DNA of 64,000 nt from an uncultured Bacteroidales bacterium. Its GTDB lineage: Bacteria; Bacteroidota; Bacteroidia; Bacteroidales; JBBRXJ01. The stretch spans positions 1,040 to 65,039 of the forward strand of contig CAZJWE010000002.1 in the NCBI GenBank assembly GCA_964549265.1. The letters are read 5' to 3'. Below, one piece after another: positions 45,230 to 56,086 of the stretch (within the stretch, counting starts at the first letter, position 1; every line of letters begins with the position of its first letter). The notes below the pieces were generated by a model. That model did not search any database. It saw only the letters and a list, made by a program, of their open reading frames with translations, and had not been told where the DNA came from. A program made the translations under genes and the position numbers.

Positions 45230-45261
45230 AAAGCAAATGTTCCACGTGGAACATTTGCTTT
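45230..45261. repeat. 32-bp perfect palindrome P2 (same 22-bp core as P1)
   Basis: aaagcaaatgttccac|gtggaacatttgcttt. It lies 9 nt downstream of the mnmG stop and 183 nt upstream of the uvrC start. Confidence 0.8.
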
Positions 45262-45269
45262 TTGAAAAA

Positions 45270-47141
45270 CTATCTTTTCATATGTACCAGTAATACATTG
45301 ATATCTGCTGGTGATACGCCTGGAATTCTGGAAGCTTGACCTATGGTTTTAGGTTTGATTTTATTCAATTTTTGTCTTCCTTCAAATGATATTGACTTTA
45401 AAAAACTGTAATCTTCTTGTTTCAATTCAATGTTTTCAAGGCGTTTAATTTTATCTGCTATATCACGTTCCCTTTCAATATATCCGGCATATTTCATTTC
45501 AACTTCAGCAGATTCAATTATGTCCTCACCAAATTCACCTAAATTTTTAACCAATCGGCTGAATTCTTCATGTAATTCTGCAATATCTATTATTTTAATT
45601 TCTGGTCTTGCCAAAATATCTACGATGGGAATTTTCTGTTTTATTTTGCTCGACTGAATTTGTTCTAAATATTCATTTATTTGTGCAGGTTTTATACTAT
45701 TCTTTCGACAAAATTCAATAATGGATTGTTTTTTATGCATTTTATCCTGAAATATTTTTCTCCGGTTTTCAGTTACCAATCCTATTTCTATTCCTCTCTT
45801 TGTTAAACGTTCGTCTGCATTGTCCTGTCGTAATAATATCCTGTATTCAGCTCTCGATGTAAACATTCGATATGGTTCATCTACACCTTTATTTATCAAA
45901 TCATCTATTAATACACCAATATATGCTTGATTGCGTTTTAATATAAATGGACCTTTTTGATTGATTTTATTATGTGCATTGATTGCAGCAGCCAATCCTT
46001 GCCCTGCTGCTTCTTCATAACCTGTAGTCCCATTAATTTGCCCGGCAAAATATAAATTCTTAATGATTTTTGTTTCCAATGTGTAATCCAAAATGGTTGG
46101 GTCAAAATAATCATACTCTATAGCATAACCAGGCCTGAATACTTTAACATGTTCCAATCCTTTAATCTTTGTTAGTGCTTTGTATTGAATATCCCATGAC
46201 AATGATGAAGAAAATCCGTTTAAATAATATTCAATTGTAGAATGCCCTTCAGGTTCTAAAAATAACTGATGTTTTTCTTTTTCGCTAAATGTAACAATTT
46301 TATCTTCGATGCTGGGGCAATAGCGTGGGCCAATACTTCTTATTGTTCCGTTTAATAAAGGAGAATCACTAAATCCTTCTCTTAATATATTATGTACATC
46401 TTGATTGGTATAGGTAATGTAACAATTTTTGGTTTCATTAATTTTCAATTTAGGATACAGAAACGAAAACTTCCCATTTTGTTCTCCTTCCTGTACCTGC
46501 ATTTTTTTAAAATCTATTGTCCTTCCATCCAATCGTACTGGTGTTCCTGTTTTCATCCTGCCTACTGGAAATCCTAATTGAACTAACTGATGACTTAAAA
46601 AATAGGACGGCTTTTCCGAAATCCTTCCTCCTTCTATTTTGGTTTTTCCAATGTGCATTAATCCGTTTAAAAATGTGCCATTTGTTAATATTACTGTTTT
46701 CCCATATATAGCCATTCCTATTTCAGTTTCTACTCCAATAACATAATCGTTTTCTATTATGATTTTATTAACAACATCCTGTACTATATCAATTTTATTA
46801 TTTTCTTCAATCAATTTTCTCCATTCAATTGAAAATTGTATTCTATCACATTGAGCTCGTGGACTCCACATTGCAGGGCCTTTGGATCTATTAAGCATTT
46901 TGAATTGTATCATGCTTTTATCAGTGACAATCCCGGAAAATCCACCCAATGCATCTATTTCACGTATAATCTGTCCTTTTGCAATTCCACCCATAGCTGG
47001 ATTGCATGACATTTGGCCCATTTTGGTCATATCCATGGTAATTAAACAGACTTTCGATCCCATTGTTCCAGCTACAGCAGCTGCTTCACATCCTGCATGA
47101 CCCGCTCCAACAACTATCACATCATAATCGGTATTCTTCAT
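45270..47141 (-). CDS. mnmG: tRNA uridine-5-carboxymethylaminomethyl synthesis enzyme MnmG (GidA)
   Basis: YDVIVVGAGHAGCEAA, GPRYCPSIEDK, FAGQINGTTGYEEAAGQG. Confidence 0.97.
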   Translation of the reverse strand: MKNTDYDVIVVGAGHAGCEAAAVAGTMGSKVCLITMDMTKMGQMSCNPAMGGIAKGQIIREIDALGGFSGIVTDKSMIQFKMLNRSKGPAMWSPRAQCDRIQFSIEWRKLIEENNKIDIVQDVVNKIIIENDYVIGVETEIGMAIYGKTVILTNGTFLNGLMHIGKTKIEGGRISEKPSYFLSHQLVQLGFPVGRMKTGTPVRLDGRTIDFKKMQVQEGEQNGKFSFLYPKLKINETKNCYITYTNQDVHNILREGFSDSPLLNGTIRSIGPRYCPSIEDKIVTFSEKEKHQLFLEPEGHSTIEYYLNGFSSSLSWDIQYKALTKIKGLEHVKVFRPGYAIEYDYFDPTILDYTLETKIIKNLYFAGQINGTTGYEEAAGQGLAAAINAHNKINQKGPFILKRNQAYIGVLIDDLINKGVDEPYRMFTSRAEYRILLRQDNADERLTKRGIEIGLVTENRRKIFQDKMHKKQSIIEFCRKNSIKPAQINEYLEQIQSSKIKQKIPIVDILARPEIKIIDIAELHEEFSRLVKNLGEFGEDIIESAEVEMKYAGYIERERDIADKIKRLENIELKQEDYSFLKSISFEGRQKLNKIKPKTIGQASRIPGVSPADINVLLVHMKR

Positions 47142-47242
47142 ATTTTCTATAAATAAAAATAAATCACAAATTTAATGAAGATTTTCACATTATGTCCTCT
47201 TAAACTATGCGGTTTGTATATATAATTAATCAAAGTATGGAT

Positions 47243-47674
47243 TTATTGTTTTGGAAATAACTTTAATAATTCATTTTCTTCATGGGTCATGTTTATTTTC
47301 TCATCATTTGTATAATCAGAATAATCCATTAAATGTAAAATACCATGTATAATCACACGCTTAATTTCATCTTTAAAAGAAACGTTAAAATCTTGTGCAT
47401 TTTCTTTTACCCTGTCAATACTAATGAATATATCTCCCGATAACTCAATTTTTTTGGAATAATTAAATGTTATAATATCTGTATAATAATCTTTTTGAAG
47501 GTATTGCTGATTAATCTCTAATAATTTTTGATCATTGGTAAAAATTATACTAATAATTCCTATTTTATATTCTTTCAGCTTAACACAATTTTGAATCCAT
47601 TCATGAAATAATTGAATATCTATATAATATTCAGGGGGTTGCTTTATTTTCTCAGTAAAAAAATTAATTTTCAA
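47243..47674 (-). CDS. ybeY: rRNA maturation RNase YbeY
   Basis: Zinc motif VIIHGILHLMDYSDY; size 143 aa. Confidence 0.85.
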   Translation of the reverse strand: MKINFFTEKIKQPPEYYIDIQLFHEWIQNCVKLKEYKIGIISIIFTNDQKLLEINQQYLQKDYYTDIITFNYSKKIELSGDIFISIDRVKENAQDFNVSFKDEIKRVIIHGILHLMDYSDYTNDEKINMTHEENELLKLFPKQ

Positions 47675-47676
47675 AT

Positions 47677-48078
47677 TTATAATTTAAATATAATTTCTAC
47701 CATGCTCCCATCTTCGTGAAATATGATTCCATCGGAGAGTTGTTTCATTAAAAAAATTCCTCTCCCATTAACGCTTTCAAGATTTTGTTCACTGGTTGGA
47801 TCAGGGATATTATAATAATTAAATCCTTTGCCCTGATCTTTGACATAGATCATTAATTTTCTTTCTTTATCATCATGAACTATTCTGATATTCACATCTC
47901 TTTCCTGATCTTGTTTATTTCCATGCATAATCGCATTATTAACAGCCTCGAAAACTGAAATTAACACATTCCCATAGAGTGTTTTATTTAATTTTAACTC
48001 TTCCGATATATTATCAATTAGTTTTTCAACCTCTTGTATATTCTTTATTTCAGACTTTATAGTTAGTTGCTTTTCCAT
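47677..48078 (-). CDS. RsbW/SpoIIAB-like ATP-binding protein (anti-sigma regulatory kinase fold)
   Basis: 133 aa. VFEAVNNAIMHGN (N-box), VKDQGKGF (G1), GRGIFLMKQLSD (G2). Confidence 0.6.
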   Translation of the reverse strand: MEKQLTIKSEIKNIQEVEKLIDNISEELKLNKTLYGNVLISVFEAVNNAIMHGNKQDQERDVNIRIVHDDKERKLMIYVKDQGKGFNYYNIPDPTSEQNLESVNGRGIFLMKQLSDGIIFHEDGSMVEIIFKL

Positions 48079-48155
48079 TTAGCAGAAATTTTTCTCATTT
48101 ATACTCTATTTTTCCAATAAAGTTACTAATTAATTTTATAATTATTAAAATTTTT

Positions 48156-49376
48156 TTATCTTTTTACTAACCACTCCTGAGGATTAAGCTTTTGGGTCTC
48201 CTTCCAAATCTCTAAATGAAGAATGGATTCATCATTGTTTTCTTCTTTATACACATATCCCAATGATTGTTTTACATTCACTTTTTGTCCAACCTCTACT
48301 GCTACATCATTTAAATTTTGGTATACAGTCAAATAATTTCCATGTCGTAAAATAATTGTATTATTTGCGCCTTTAATGGCTACAATTTTGCTAACGGTAC
48401 CGGAAAAAATTGCCCGTACCTCTGAACCAGCCACTGTAGATATGTCTATGCCGTTATTATTAACTGTAACGCCTTTTAATACAGGATGCTTATGCATTCC
48501 AAATTCATCAGTTATAATGCCTTGTTTTGTTGGCCATGGTAGACCTCCTTTATTTTTTTCAAATGATTCTGATACAATTTTTTCAGCAGGAGTAAGTTTA
48601 TAATAACCTTTTTCAGTACGCTGCGTTTCTTTTTCTATAAATTTTTGGATTTCTTCCTGTAGCTTCCTTGCAATAGATCGCTTTTCATTCAGGTCTCTTT
48701 TTAACTCAATCTCTCTTTGTTTTAGTTGACTGATCATTTCTTCACGTTGTTGTGATTCATTAGCAAATTTTTGCTTTTCAACTTTTTTTTCCTGTATTAA
48801 CTGAATCTTTTGCTCTTTTTTTTCTTTTAACTCATTTATTTGTTGCTCTAATTGTGACTGTACTTTCTTAATTTTTTGAACTTGCTTTTTTCTATATTCT
48901 GAATATTGTTTAATATAGATTATCCGTTTATAAGCCTGGTTAAAATTTTCAGCTGATAAAATAAACATTAATCTGTTATAAGTATTATAATGTTTATAAG
49001 TGTGATATATAATCTTTTCATATTCTTGTTTTATATCCTGAATTTCTTCTTTACTTTTCTCTATTTGTTCTTCTAATTTGGTAATTCTGTCTTCTATGTA
49101 ATTGATTTCATTATTAATTTGAGATATTAAATGCTCTCTTATTTCTAATCGCTTATTCAAAATAAGAAGCTGGTTAATAGCTATCTTTTTGTTCTTTTTG
49201 GTTGTACTAATTAATTTGCTTGTATACTGGATTTCTTTAATCTTTTGCTCTCTCTTTTGCTGTAATGTTTCTTTATCCTGAGAAAAAAGAATGATACTAT
49301 TCCATAACATTATAAGCAAAATACATATAATGTTATGTCCAAGAATATTTCGATATATTAGTTTAATATTTTTCAA
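48156..49376 (-). CDS. EnvC-like coiled-coil protein with degenerate LytM/M23 domain
   Basis: Long coiled coil. In the C-terminal M23 fold, NNGIDIS replaces HxxxD and ILHLEIW replaces HxH, as in murein-hydrolase activators. Confidence 0.75.
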   Translation of the reverse strand: MKNIKLIYRNILGHNIICILLIMLWNSIILFSQDKETLQQKREQKIKEIQYTSKLISTTKKNKKIAINQLLILNKRLEIREHLISQINNEINYIEDRITKLEEQIEKSKEEIQDIKQEYEKIIYHTYKHYNTYNRLMFILSAENFNQAYKRIIYIKQYSEYRKKQVQKIKKVQSQLEQQINELKEKKEQKIQLIQEKKVEKQKFANESQQREEMISQLKQREIELKRDLNEKRSIARKLQEEIQKFIEKETQRTEKGYYKLTPAEKIVSESFEKNKGGLPWPTKQGIITDEFGMHKHPVLKGVTVNNNGIDISTVAGSEVRAIFSGTVSKIVAIKGANNTIILRHGNYLTVYQNLNDVAVEVGQKVNVKQSLGYVYKEENNDESILHLEIWKETQKLNPQEWLVKR

Positions 49377-49416
49377 TTTTATATCTATAGTGCAAAATTC
49401 ACTATAATTATGTTTT

Positions 49417-51171
49417 TTAATTGCTTAGTTTTTTACTTTTAATTTTATTTTCTAATTTTTCTGAATGATCTTCGAATTCTAAAGCTCTCTTCCAATATTG
49501 TAATGCCTGTTCTTCCTTTCCTAATTTAAATAAAATATCCCCGTAATGTTCTAAAACCTCACCACTTTCATCTCCTCCATTATCTATAGCACTTTTGGCA
49601 TATTCTGCTGCCTTTTTGTACTTTTTCATTTTAAATAAAACCCAGGAATATGTATCTAAATAAATATAATTATCTGGTTCCTGATCTAAGCATTGTTTAA
49701 TTAATGATTCGGCTTTATCCAATTTTTCACCTCTTAAAGATAAATAATAACTATAATTATTCAAAAGATATAAATCATCTTCGCTTCTATATTTTAATGC
49801 ATTATTGAACGCACTGTCAGATTTTTCATATTTTTTCATTTCATTATATACTTCTCCTAATAATGTGTATAAACGGCTAACTAAATCTGTATTATCGAAA
49901 TTCACATATTCCAATCCATTTTTATAACTTACGATGGCACTATCATACATTTCATTTCGCTTTTCAGATAATCCTTTGAACAGATATGCAGTTGGCTTCT
50001 GAGGAAATTTTTTGACCGCTTTTTTGGCATATTTATATATAGTGTCCGTATTTTCTAATTGTGATTGCAAATAAAAAAATTGTTGCCATATATAATATTC
50101 TATTTCATAATTATTAATTATTGTTTTAATGATTTCGGATGCTTTTTTAATACTGTCATTTTGAATATAATAATCTGCTATCAATAAATTAACCTGTTTA
50201 TTTTCAGAATATAAATTTTGCATAGAATCAATTACAATTGCTTGTAAATTTTCTTTAAAAGCAGTTGTATCTATTGACGTTGTGAATTCATATAACATTT
50301 GAATTTTATAATCTAAATTAATACTGTCATCATTTATGATACTTTTAAACTCTTCTTCAGCTTCTTGTTTTTTGTCACGTTTAATATAAAAATCTGCTAG
50401 ACTACGTTTTAAATGATAATTATGCGGGTATTTATTTTTTAATTCGTTGTATCTTTCAAATACTTTATTTGTTTTATTTTGTTTTTTAAGCAGTTCCAAT
50501 AATCCTAATTGATACGCTATATCATCTCCTCTACGGTCTATTATTTTCTGGATTTCGTCTTCTGCTTTATCAAAATTACCCATTTCTTCATATACCTGAC
50601 TTTTATAATATTGAGTATTTATTGACGGTCCGTACTGTTCTTCAATTTTATCACATAATTCCAAACATTTATCATACTCACCGTTTTCAAAATACAGTTC
50701 TATTAACTCAAATTTAACTTCGACTTTTTCTTCATGTGTATTGACAATTTCTTCATACACATTGATTACACTATCTTGCAATCCAAGATATTGATATACA
50801 TTAGCTAAATTAATCTGATACCAAAAATTGTCAGGTTTTAATAATTTAGCCTGTTTAGCATAATCTTTGGCTTTATCCAGCTCATTATTAAAAAAGTATA
50901 TTCTTGATAACTGATAATTTGAAGCATGACTTGATGGATTAACTTCTATACATTTTTTATATAACATGACAGCATTACTTGTGTTGCCATATACATTTTG
51001 TTTTGTAGCTTCAAAAAAGGCATAATAATAATTCAACTTTTCTTTTTCATTTCCTAACTCTGAATCGGCATTTCCTGTAATCTCCTGAATCGTTTCTTCA
51101 ACTGAACAACCTGATAAATACATCAAAAAAGAAGATAAAATCAGGATTATATATATATTTTTTTTCATCAT
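49417..51171 (-). CDS. tetratricopeptide-repeat lipoprotein
   Basis: Lipobox LSGCS. Repeated TPR-like A/Y/L patterns throughout. Confidence 0.8.
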   Translation of the reverse strand: MMKKNIYIILILSSFLMYLSGCSVEETIQEITGNADSELGNEKEKLNYYYAFFEATKQNVYGNTSNAVMLYKKCIEVNPSSHASNYQLSRIYFFNNELDKAKDYAKQAKLLKPDNFWYQINLANVYQYLGLQDSVINVYEEIVNTHEEKVEVKFELIELYFENGEYDKCLELCDKIEEQYGPSINTQYYKSQVYEEMGNFDKAEDEIQKIIDRRGDDIAYQLGLLELLKKQNKTNKVFERYNELKNKYPHNYHLKRSLADFYIKRDKKQEAEEEFKSIINDDSINLDYKIQMLYEFTTSIDTTAFKENLQAIVIDSMQNLYSENKQVNLLIADYYIQNDSIKKASEIIKTIINNYEIEYYIWQQFFYLQSQLENTDTIYKYAKKAVKKFPQKPTAYLFKGLSEKRNEMYDSAIVSYKNGLEYVNFDNTDLVSRLYTLLGEVYNEMKKYEKSDSAFNNALKYRSEDDLYLLNNYSYYLSLRGEKLDKAESLIKQCLDQEPDNYIYLDTYSWVLFKMKKYKKAAEYAKSAIDNGGDESGEVLEHYGDILFKLGKEEQALQYWKRALEFEDHSEKLENKIKSKKLSN

Positions 51172-51291
51172 ACTCTATATTTTATTTTTCTATGCTGTAC
51201 TTAAACTTTATTTAAGCACAAACATTATTCAAAAGTTTGTCTTTATCTAAATTCACAACCTTGCTATTATATTGGTGCTGTTCTTTCATAA

Positions 51292-52284
51292 TTAATTACA
51301 TTTTGTATAATTCCCCGTGCTGAATTCTCCATTCATTTGATTCAATATATTGTTTTTTCCAATGAATGAATTATTAATAACGCTATTACTGATATATGAA
51401 TTATAATCAACAATAGAATTTTTAATAATACTATTCTCTATATTAGCATTGGCATATATCGTTACATAGGGGCCAATTACCGAATTTGTGAGAATTACAT
51501 CATTTTCTATATAACACGGTTCAATTATTTGTGAATGATTATTTTGCAATCTATTAATACTTGTTCCTTCTGTTTGTAATATTCTTTTGTTAGCATATAA
51601 TACTGCTTCTACATTTCCACAATCTAACCATTCATCTATAATATTTACTGAAAATCGCATGCCTTTAGATTTTAGGTTTTCCAATGCATCTGTTAATTGA
51701 TATTCATTATTACCCCGTATATCATTGTGAATAATATAATCAATTTCATGTTTAAGGTTTTCAGCTTGTTTAAAATAGTAAATGCCTATGATAGCTTTAT
51801 TGGATATATTATCATTAGGTTTTTCTATGAAATCAGTGATAATTTCCTGTTCATTGGTTTTAACTACACCATATTTGCTTGGGTCATCAACTTCCTTTAC
51901 CCATATATTTCCATCTGAGTGCATCTCTGGTTTCATATTACCAAAAAATAAAGTATCAGCAAATGCAATAATAATTTCTCCATTTAAAGCATCATGTGCA
52001 CAACTAATTGCATGTGCTGTTCCCAATGCTTCTTTTTGATAACATATTGTAGCTTTGCTGTTAAAATTTTTGGCGATTTCTTTCAATTGTTCTTCAACTT
52101 TTGAACCAAAATTACCTATAATAAAAATGATTTCTTCAATATTTACACTATCAATTATGTTAATGCTTTCTACAATTCTCTCAACTATAGGTTTTCCAGC
52201 AATTTTTACTAATGGTTTAGGAATATCAAGGGTATGTGGTCGGAGTCGTTTCCCCATTCCTGCCATTGGTATAATTAATTTCAT
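51292..52284 (-). CDS. sugar-phosphate nucleotidyltransferase with C-terminal left-handed beta-helix
   Basis: MKLIIPMAGMGKRLRPHTLDIPKPLV (NTP-transferase G-loop). C-terminal hexapeptide-like repeats. Confidence 0.8.
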   Translation of the reverse strand: MKLIIPMAGMGKRLRPHTLDIPKPLVKIAGKPIVERIVESINIIDSVNIEEIIFIIGNFGSKVEEQLKEIAKNFNSKATICYQKEALGTAHAISCAHDALNGEIIIAFADTLFFGNMKPEMHSDGNIWVKEVDDPSKYGVVKTNEQEIITDFIEKPNDNISNKAIIGIYYFKQAENLKHEIDYIIHNDIRGNNEYQLTDALENLKSKGMRFSVNIIDEWLDCGNVEAVLYANKRILQTEGTSINRLQNNHSQIIEPCYIENDVILTNSVIGPYVTIYANANIENSIIKNSIVDYNSYISNSVINNSFIGKNNILNQMNGEFSTGNYTKCN

Positions 52285-52364
52285 TTATTTTATTTATTTT
52301 TAGTATTAATTAAATTCTTAGTACGTACGTTAAATTGTTTTAAAGAAACATGTTTTTACACGCA

Positions 52365-52799
52365 TTAATTATGCCCGGTATGTCCAAATCCACCACCGCT
52401 TCTTACAGTTTTATTAATGGTTTCGACTTCTTCCCAGGTTATATTTTCAAATTTGTTTATAACCATTTGGCAGATTCTATCGCCACTGTTAATTTCAATT
52501 TCTTCATTGGATAAATTAACAAGTATTATTTTGACTTCTCCACGATAATCTGCATCTATAGTTCCAGGCGTATTCAATACTGTTAGCCCTTTTTTTATAG
52601 CTAATCCACTTCTGGGTCTTATCTGAGCTTCATAACCTTCCTGAAGTTCAATGAATAAACCAGTTGGTATGAGTGTTCTTTCCAATGGTTTTAAAATCAC
52701 TTTTTCACTTAAATATGCACGTACATCCATGCCTGATGAAAATTCTGTACCATACTCTGGCAAAGCATTGTTTGATTTATTGACTATTCTTACCTTCAT
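52365..52799 (-). CDS. dut: dUTP diphosphatase
   Basis: [28 protein letters not shown] ... [10 protein letters not shown]. Confidence 0.95.
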   Translation of the reverse strand: MKVRIVNKSNNALPEYGTEFSSGMDVRAYLSEKVILKPLERTLIPTGLFIELQEGYEAQIRPRSGLAIKKGLTVLNTPGTIDADYRGEVKIILVNLSNEEIEINSGDRICQMVINKFENITWEEVETINKTVRSGGGFGHTGHN

Positions 52800-54279
52800 T
52801 CTTTGATTTTATTTGAATTAATTGTCTTATTACTTTTTCTTTAGAATCAATAACAAATATAAAAATAAACAACATGATTGTATTAAAAATATATTGTAAA
52901 GTTGATATTTCTATGTATTTCTTTGTATATGATTGAATAAAAAACAACCCTAATGCAAATGCAAAGTAGATGAAAATCTTACCCTTTTCGTATGGTATTG
53001 GATCATATTTCCTGCTCAACAGGTATGATACCGTTACCATGGTCGCATAACATGCCAGACGAGCAAAAGCACATGCTTCATATCCATATTGGGGAATGAA
53101 TATAAAATTTATGATTAATGTTACAATGGCTCCTAATATAGTGATGTATGCACCAAAACGCGTTAAATTATTCAATTTATACCATACAGATAAATTTACA
53201 TATAATCCTAAAAAAATATTTGCGATTAACAGAACTGGTATAATTTTTAAACCTTCATGATATTCTGACCCGATAAAATGCTTTATGATATCCAAATAAA
53301 AGACGATTCCTAAAAATATGAGCAAAGAAAATATAGAGAAATATTTTGTAATGGTTGCATATAATTTTTTACTGTTATGATCCTTTCCATATTTAAAAAA
53401 GAATGGTTCAAAGGCATATCGAAACATTTGTATAAAAAGCATCATTAATACTGCTATTTTAATATTAGCGCCGTAAATACCCAATTGATACATGGGTTCG
53501 GATTCCTGCGGAAGCAAATATTTTAATAAAATACGATCTAGTGCCTCATTCACTATACCCGCTAATCCGGCTATCAAGAGCGGAAATGAATATTTAATCA
53601 TTTGTTTCCATAGGTTAACTGAAAATGATATAGCTGTATTGAGTATTTCAGGCAATAACAAAAACAATGTTACAATGCTTCCAATAAGATTTGCTATAAA
53701 AACATATATGATTTTGTATTCTGGATTATAAATGTAGTGAATGAATTGATATTGATCGTGAATTTGTGGAAATACAAGATAAAATAATAAATTGAACCCG
53801 ATGATTAAGCTTACATTTATGATTTTTATCATTGCAAATCGCAATGCTTTTCGTTGTTGTCTTAAATAAGCGAACGGTATGTTACAAAATGAATCAATGG
53901 ATACAATAAGAGCAACCAAAATGATATATTCACTATGTTTTTGATATCCTAATGATTGAGATATGGGGTTAATGAATAACATGATAAGGATAATAAATAA
54001 AAAAGAGGATGTGAATAATGATATTAATGATGTACTGTATACCTTTTTTTTATCTTCTGATTTTTCGATATAACGGAAAAAACCGGTTTCCATGCCATAT
54101 GTTAAAATGATTAACAATACCATGATATAAGCATAGAACTCTGTTATAACACCATATTCATTTGGTGCAAATACTTTTCTGGTATATAAAGGAACCAATA
54201 ACCAATTTAAAAAACGGGGAACAACTGTTCCTATTCCATATAATAATGTATCACCAGCTAATTGTTTTATTTCTTTCAA
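52777..54279 (-). CDS. polysaccharide flippase (Wzx/MOP family)
   Basis: 500 aa with about 12-14 TM segments. N-terminal [25 protein letters not shown]. Overlaps dut by 23 nt. Confidence 0.8.
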   Translation of the reverse strand: MKEIKQLAGDTLLYGIGTVVPRFLNWLLVPLYTRKVFAPNEYGVITEFYAYIMVLLIILTYGMETGFFRYIEKSEDKKKVYSTSLISLFTSSFLFIILIMLFINPISQSLGYQKHSEYIILVALIVSIDSFCNIPFAYLRQQRKALRFAMIKIINVSLIIGFNLLFYLVFPQIHDQYQFIHYIYNPEYKIIYVFIANLIGSIVTLFLLLPEILNTAISFSVNLWKQMIKYSFPLLIAGLAGIVNEALDRILLKYLLPQESEPMYQLGIYGANIKIAVLMMLFIQMFRYAFEPFFFKYGKDHNSKKLYATITKYFSIFSLLIFLGIVFYLDIIKHFIGSEYHEGLKIIPVLLIANIFLGLYVNLSVWYKLNNLTRFGAYITILGAIVTLIINFIFIPQYGYEACAFARLACYATMVTVSYLLSRKYDPIPYEKGKIFIYFAFALGLFFIQSYTKKYIEISTLQYIFNTIMLFIFIFVIDSKEKVIRQLIQIKSKNEGKNSQ

Positions 54280-54362
54280 TGTAAATCACAATTTTTTAAA
54301 AATATATATCTATTGTTATGAATATAAAATTTTCACTAAGGTAATGTTTCCATAGAATTTTA

Positions 54363-54370
54363 TACTTTTG
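54363..54370 (+). promoter_or_regulatory. Bacteroidota -7 box TACTTTTG
   Basis: TAnnTTTG match, 28 nt upstream of the pheS ATG at 54398. Confidence 0.45.
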
Positions 54371-54397
54371 TCATACTATATTTTTAATGTATTTTGT

Positions 54398-55420
54398 ATG
54401 CAAGAGCAAATTAATAATATTATTTCTGAAATTGATCATTTTTTAATTAATAATCTTGATGATCTTGAATCATTTAGATTGAAGTATCTATCAAAAAAAG
54501 GGGTTATTAATCAATTATTTTCACAATTCAAAGCACTTCCAAAAGAAGAGAAAAAAATTTATGGTCAAAAAATAAATGAACTTAAACAAAAAGCTGAGTC
54601 TATATTTTATGAAAAAAATACTGAACTTAAAAAATCTTCAGACGAATTAGATACAGAAGACCATACTTTACCACCTTATCTTGTTCATTTTGGTTCATAT
54701 CATCCTATTAGTATCATAAAAAACCACATTATAAAAATTTTTAAACGTATTGGTTTTACAATTTCCAGTGGACCTGAGATTGAAGATGATTGGCATGTTT
54801 TTTCTGCATTGAATTTTCCACCTGAGCATCCAGCAAGAGATATGCAGGATACATTTTTTATTCAACGCAACCCGGATATTTTATTAAGAACACACACTTC
54901 TTCCATTCAGGTAAGGGTTATGGATCATGAAAAGCCACCAATCAGGACATTATCTCCCGGACGGGTTTTCAGAAATGAAGCAATATCTGCAAGAGCACAT
55001 TGTATTTTTCATCAGGTTGAAGGGCTTTATATTGACACTGATGTTTCGTTTGCTGATTTAAAACAGGTTCTTATGTATTTTGCGAAAGAAATGTTTGGCC
55101 ATTCGACGAAAACGCGTTTCAGGCCATCGTTTTTTCCATTTACAGAGCCATCGGCTGAAATGGATGTACAATGCAATATTTGTGGTGGAAAGGGATGCAA
55201 TGTATGCAAATATTCAGGATGGCTTGAAATTATGGGATGTGGTATGGTAGATCCAGCTGTTCTTCGTTATTCTAATATTGATCCATCAATTTATACCGGT
55301 TATGCATTTGGAATGGGTGTAGAACGTATAGCTCAACTGATCTATAAGGTTAATGATTTAAGAAAATACTTTGAAAATGATATTCGTTTTCTGAATCAAT
55401 TCAAACATGCTGTTTTATAA
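54398..55420 (+). CDS. pheS: phenylalanine--tRNA ligase alpha subunit
   Basis: HPARDMQDTFF, RTHTSSIQVR, FRPSFFPFTEPSAEMD, GFAFGMGVERIA-type motifs. The track start at 54368 is TTG; ATG 54398 gives MQEQINN. Confidence 0.95.
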   Translation: MQEQINNIISEIDHFLINNLDDLESFRLKYLSKKGVINQLFSQFKALPKEEKKIYGQKINELKQKAESIFYEKNTELKKSSDELDTEDHTLPPYLVHFGSYHPISIIKNHIIKIFKRIGFTISSGPEIEDDWHVFSALNFPPEHPARDMQDTFFIQRNPDILLRTHTSSIQVRVMDHEKPPIRTLSPGRVFRNEAISARAHCIFHQVEGLYIDTDVSFADLKQVLMYFAKEMFGHSTKTRFRPSFFPFTEPSAEMDVQCNICGGKGCNVCKYSGWLEIMGCGMVDPAVLRYSNIDPSIYTGYAFGMGVERIAQLIYKVNDLRKYFENDIRFLNQFKHAVL

Positions 55421-55470
55421 ATTTGGTTCTACCACGAATTTAATGGTAACTTAAAATTTGTTATATTTCT

Positions 55471-55890
55471 TTATTCATTGATTTCCAATTTCGTTTTAAT
55501 ATTCATAGCCTCTTTATAAACAGCTATTACTCCACAATACTTTTCAAAAGATAAATTAATGGCCTTGTTGATTTTATTCTCATCAAGATTATTGCCTTTG
55601 AATTGGTAAATGATTGTGATCTCATTATATTTTTTAGGATGTTCTTCATTTACTTTACCGGTAATATTAATTCTAAAGTCCTCTGGTGTTATTTTCATCT
55701 TATTTAAAATAGATATTACATCCATTCCGGTGCATCCTGCCAATGCTGTAAGCATTAATTTTTTTGGCCTGGGACCTTTGTTTTCACCACCCACTGATTC
55801 ATCTGCATCAATTTGAATGTCAAATTCATCAACAGAACTGGTGAAGTTCATATTACCATTCCACTTTGTTTCTACATTATGTTCACTCAT
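55471..55890 (-). CDS. OsmC family protein
   Basis: GPRPKKLMLTALAGCTGMDVISIL ... EKYCGV. Confidence 0.85.
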   Translation of the reverse strand: MSEHNVETKWNGNMNFTSSVDEFDIQIDADESVGGENKGPRPKKLMLTALAGCTGMDVISILNKMKITPEDFRINITGKVNEEHPKKYNEITIIYQFKGNNLDENKINKAINLSFEKYCGVIAVYKEAMNIKTKLEINE

Positions 55891-55899
55891 AATTTCTAT

Positions 55900-56073
55900 T
55901 TATTTATCTATAATTTTATTAATGATGATATAATCCAATACTCCAATAAAAATTAATATTAAACTGATTAGTAGTAAGAAATTACCTTCTATTCGATTGA
56001 ATTGTTTAATACTTAAAATGATTGTTGCCAATAAAATAAAAAAAAGTCCGGAATGTTCAATTAATTTTTTCAT
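55900..56073 (-). CDS. small two-TM membrane protein (below the ORF-track length cutoff)
   Basis: The reverse strand reads MKKLIEHSGLFFILLATIILSIKQFNRIEGNFLLLISLILIFIGVLDYIIINKIIDK. It fills the gap between ruvB and osmC. Confidence 0.35.
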   Translation of the reverse strand: MKKLIEHSGLFFILLATIILSIKQFNRIEGNFLLLISLILIFIGVLDYIIINKIIDK

Positions 56074-56086
56074 AGCTATTGATATT

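Noticed and set aside
43197-45261. SOS (LexA) boxes flanking uvrC
   Set aside because: The palindrome is GTTC-N6-GAAC centred on CACGTG, not the GAAC-N4-GTTC Cheo-box arrangement. One copy is downstream of the gene, and I cannot recall the Bacteroidota LexA motif well enough to claim a match. It is kept only as a caveat in the palindrome finding.
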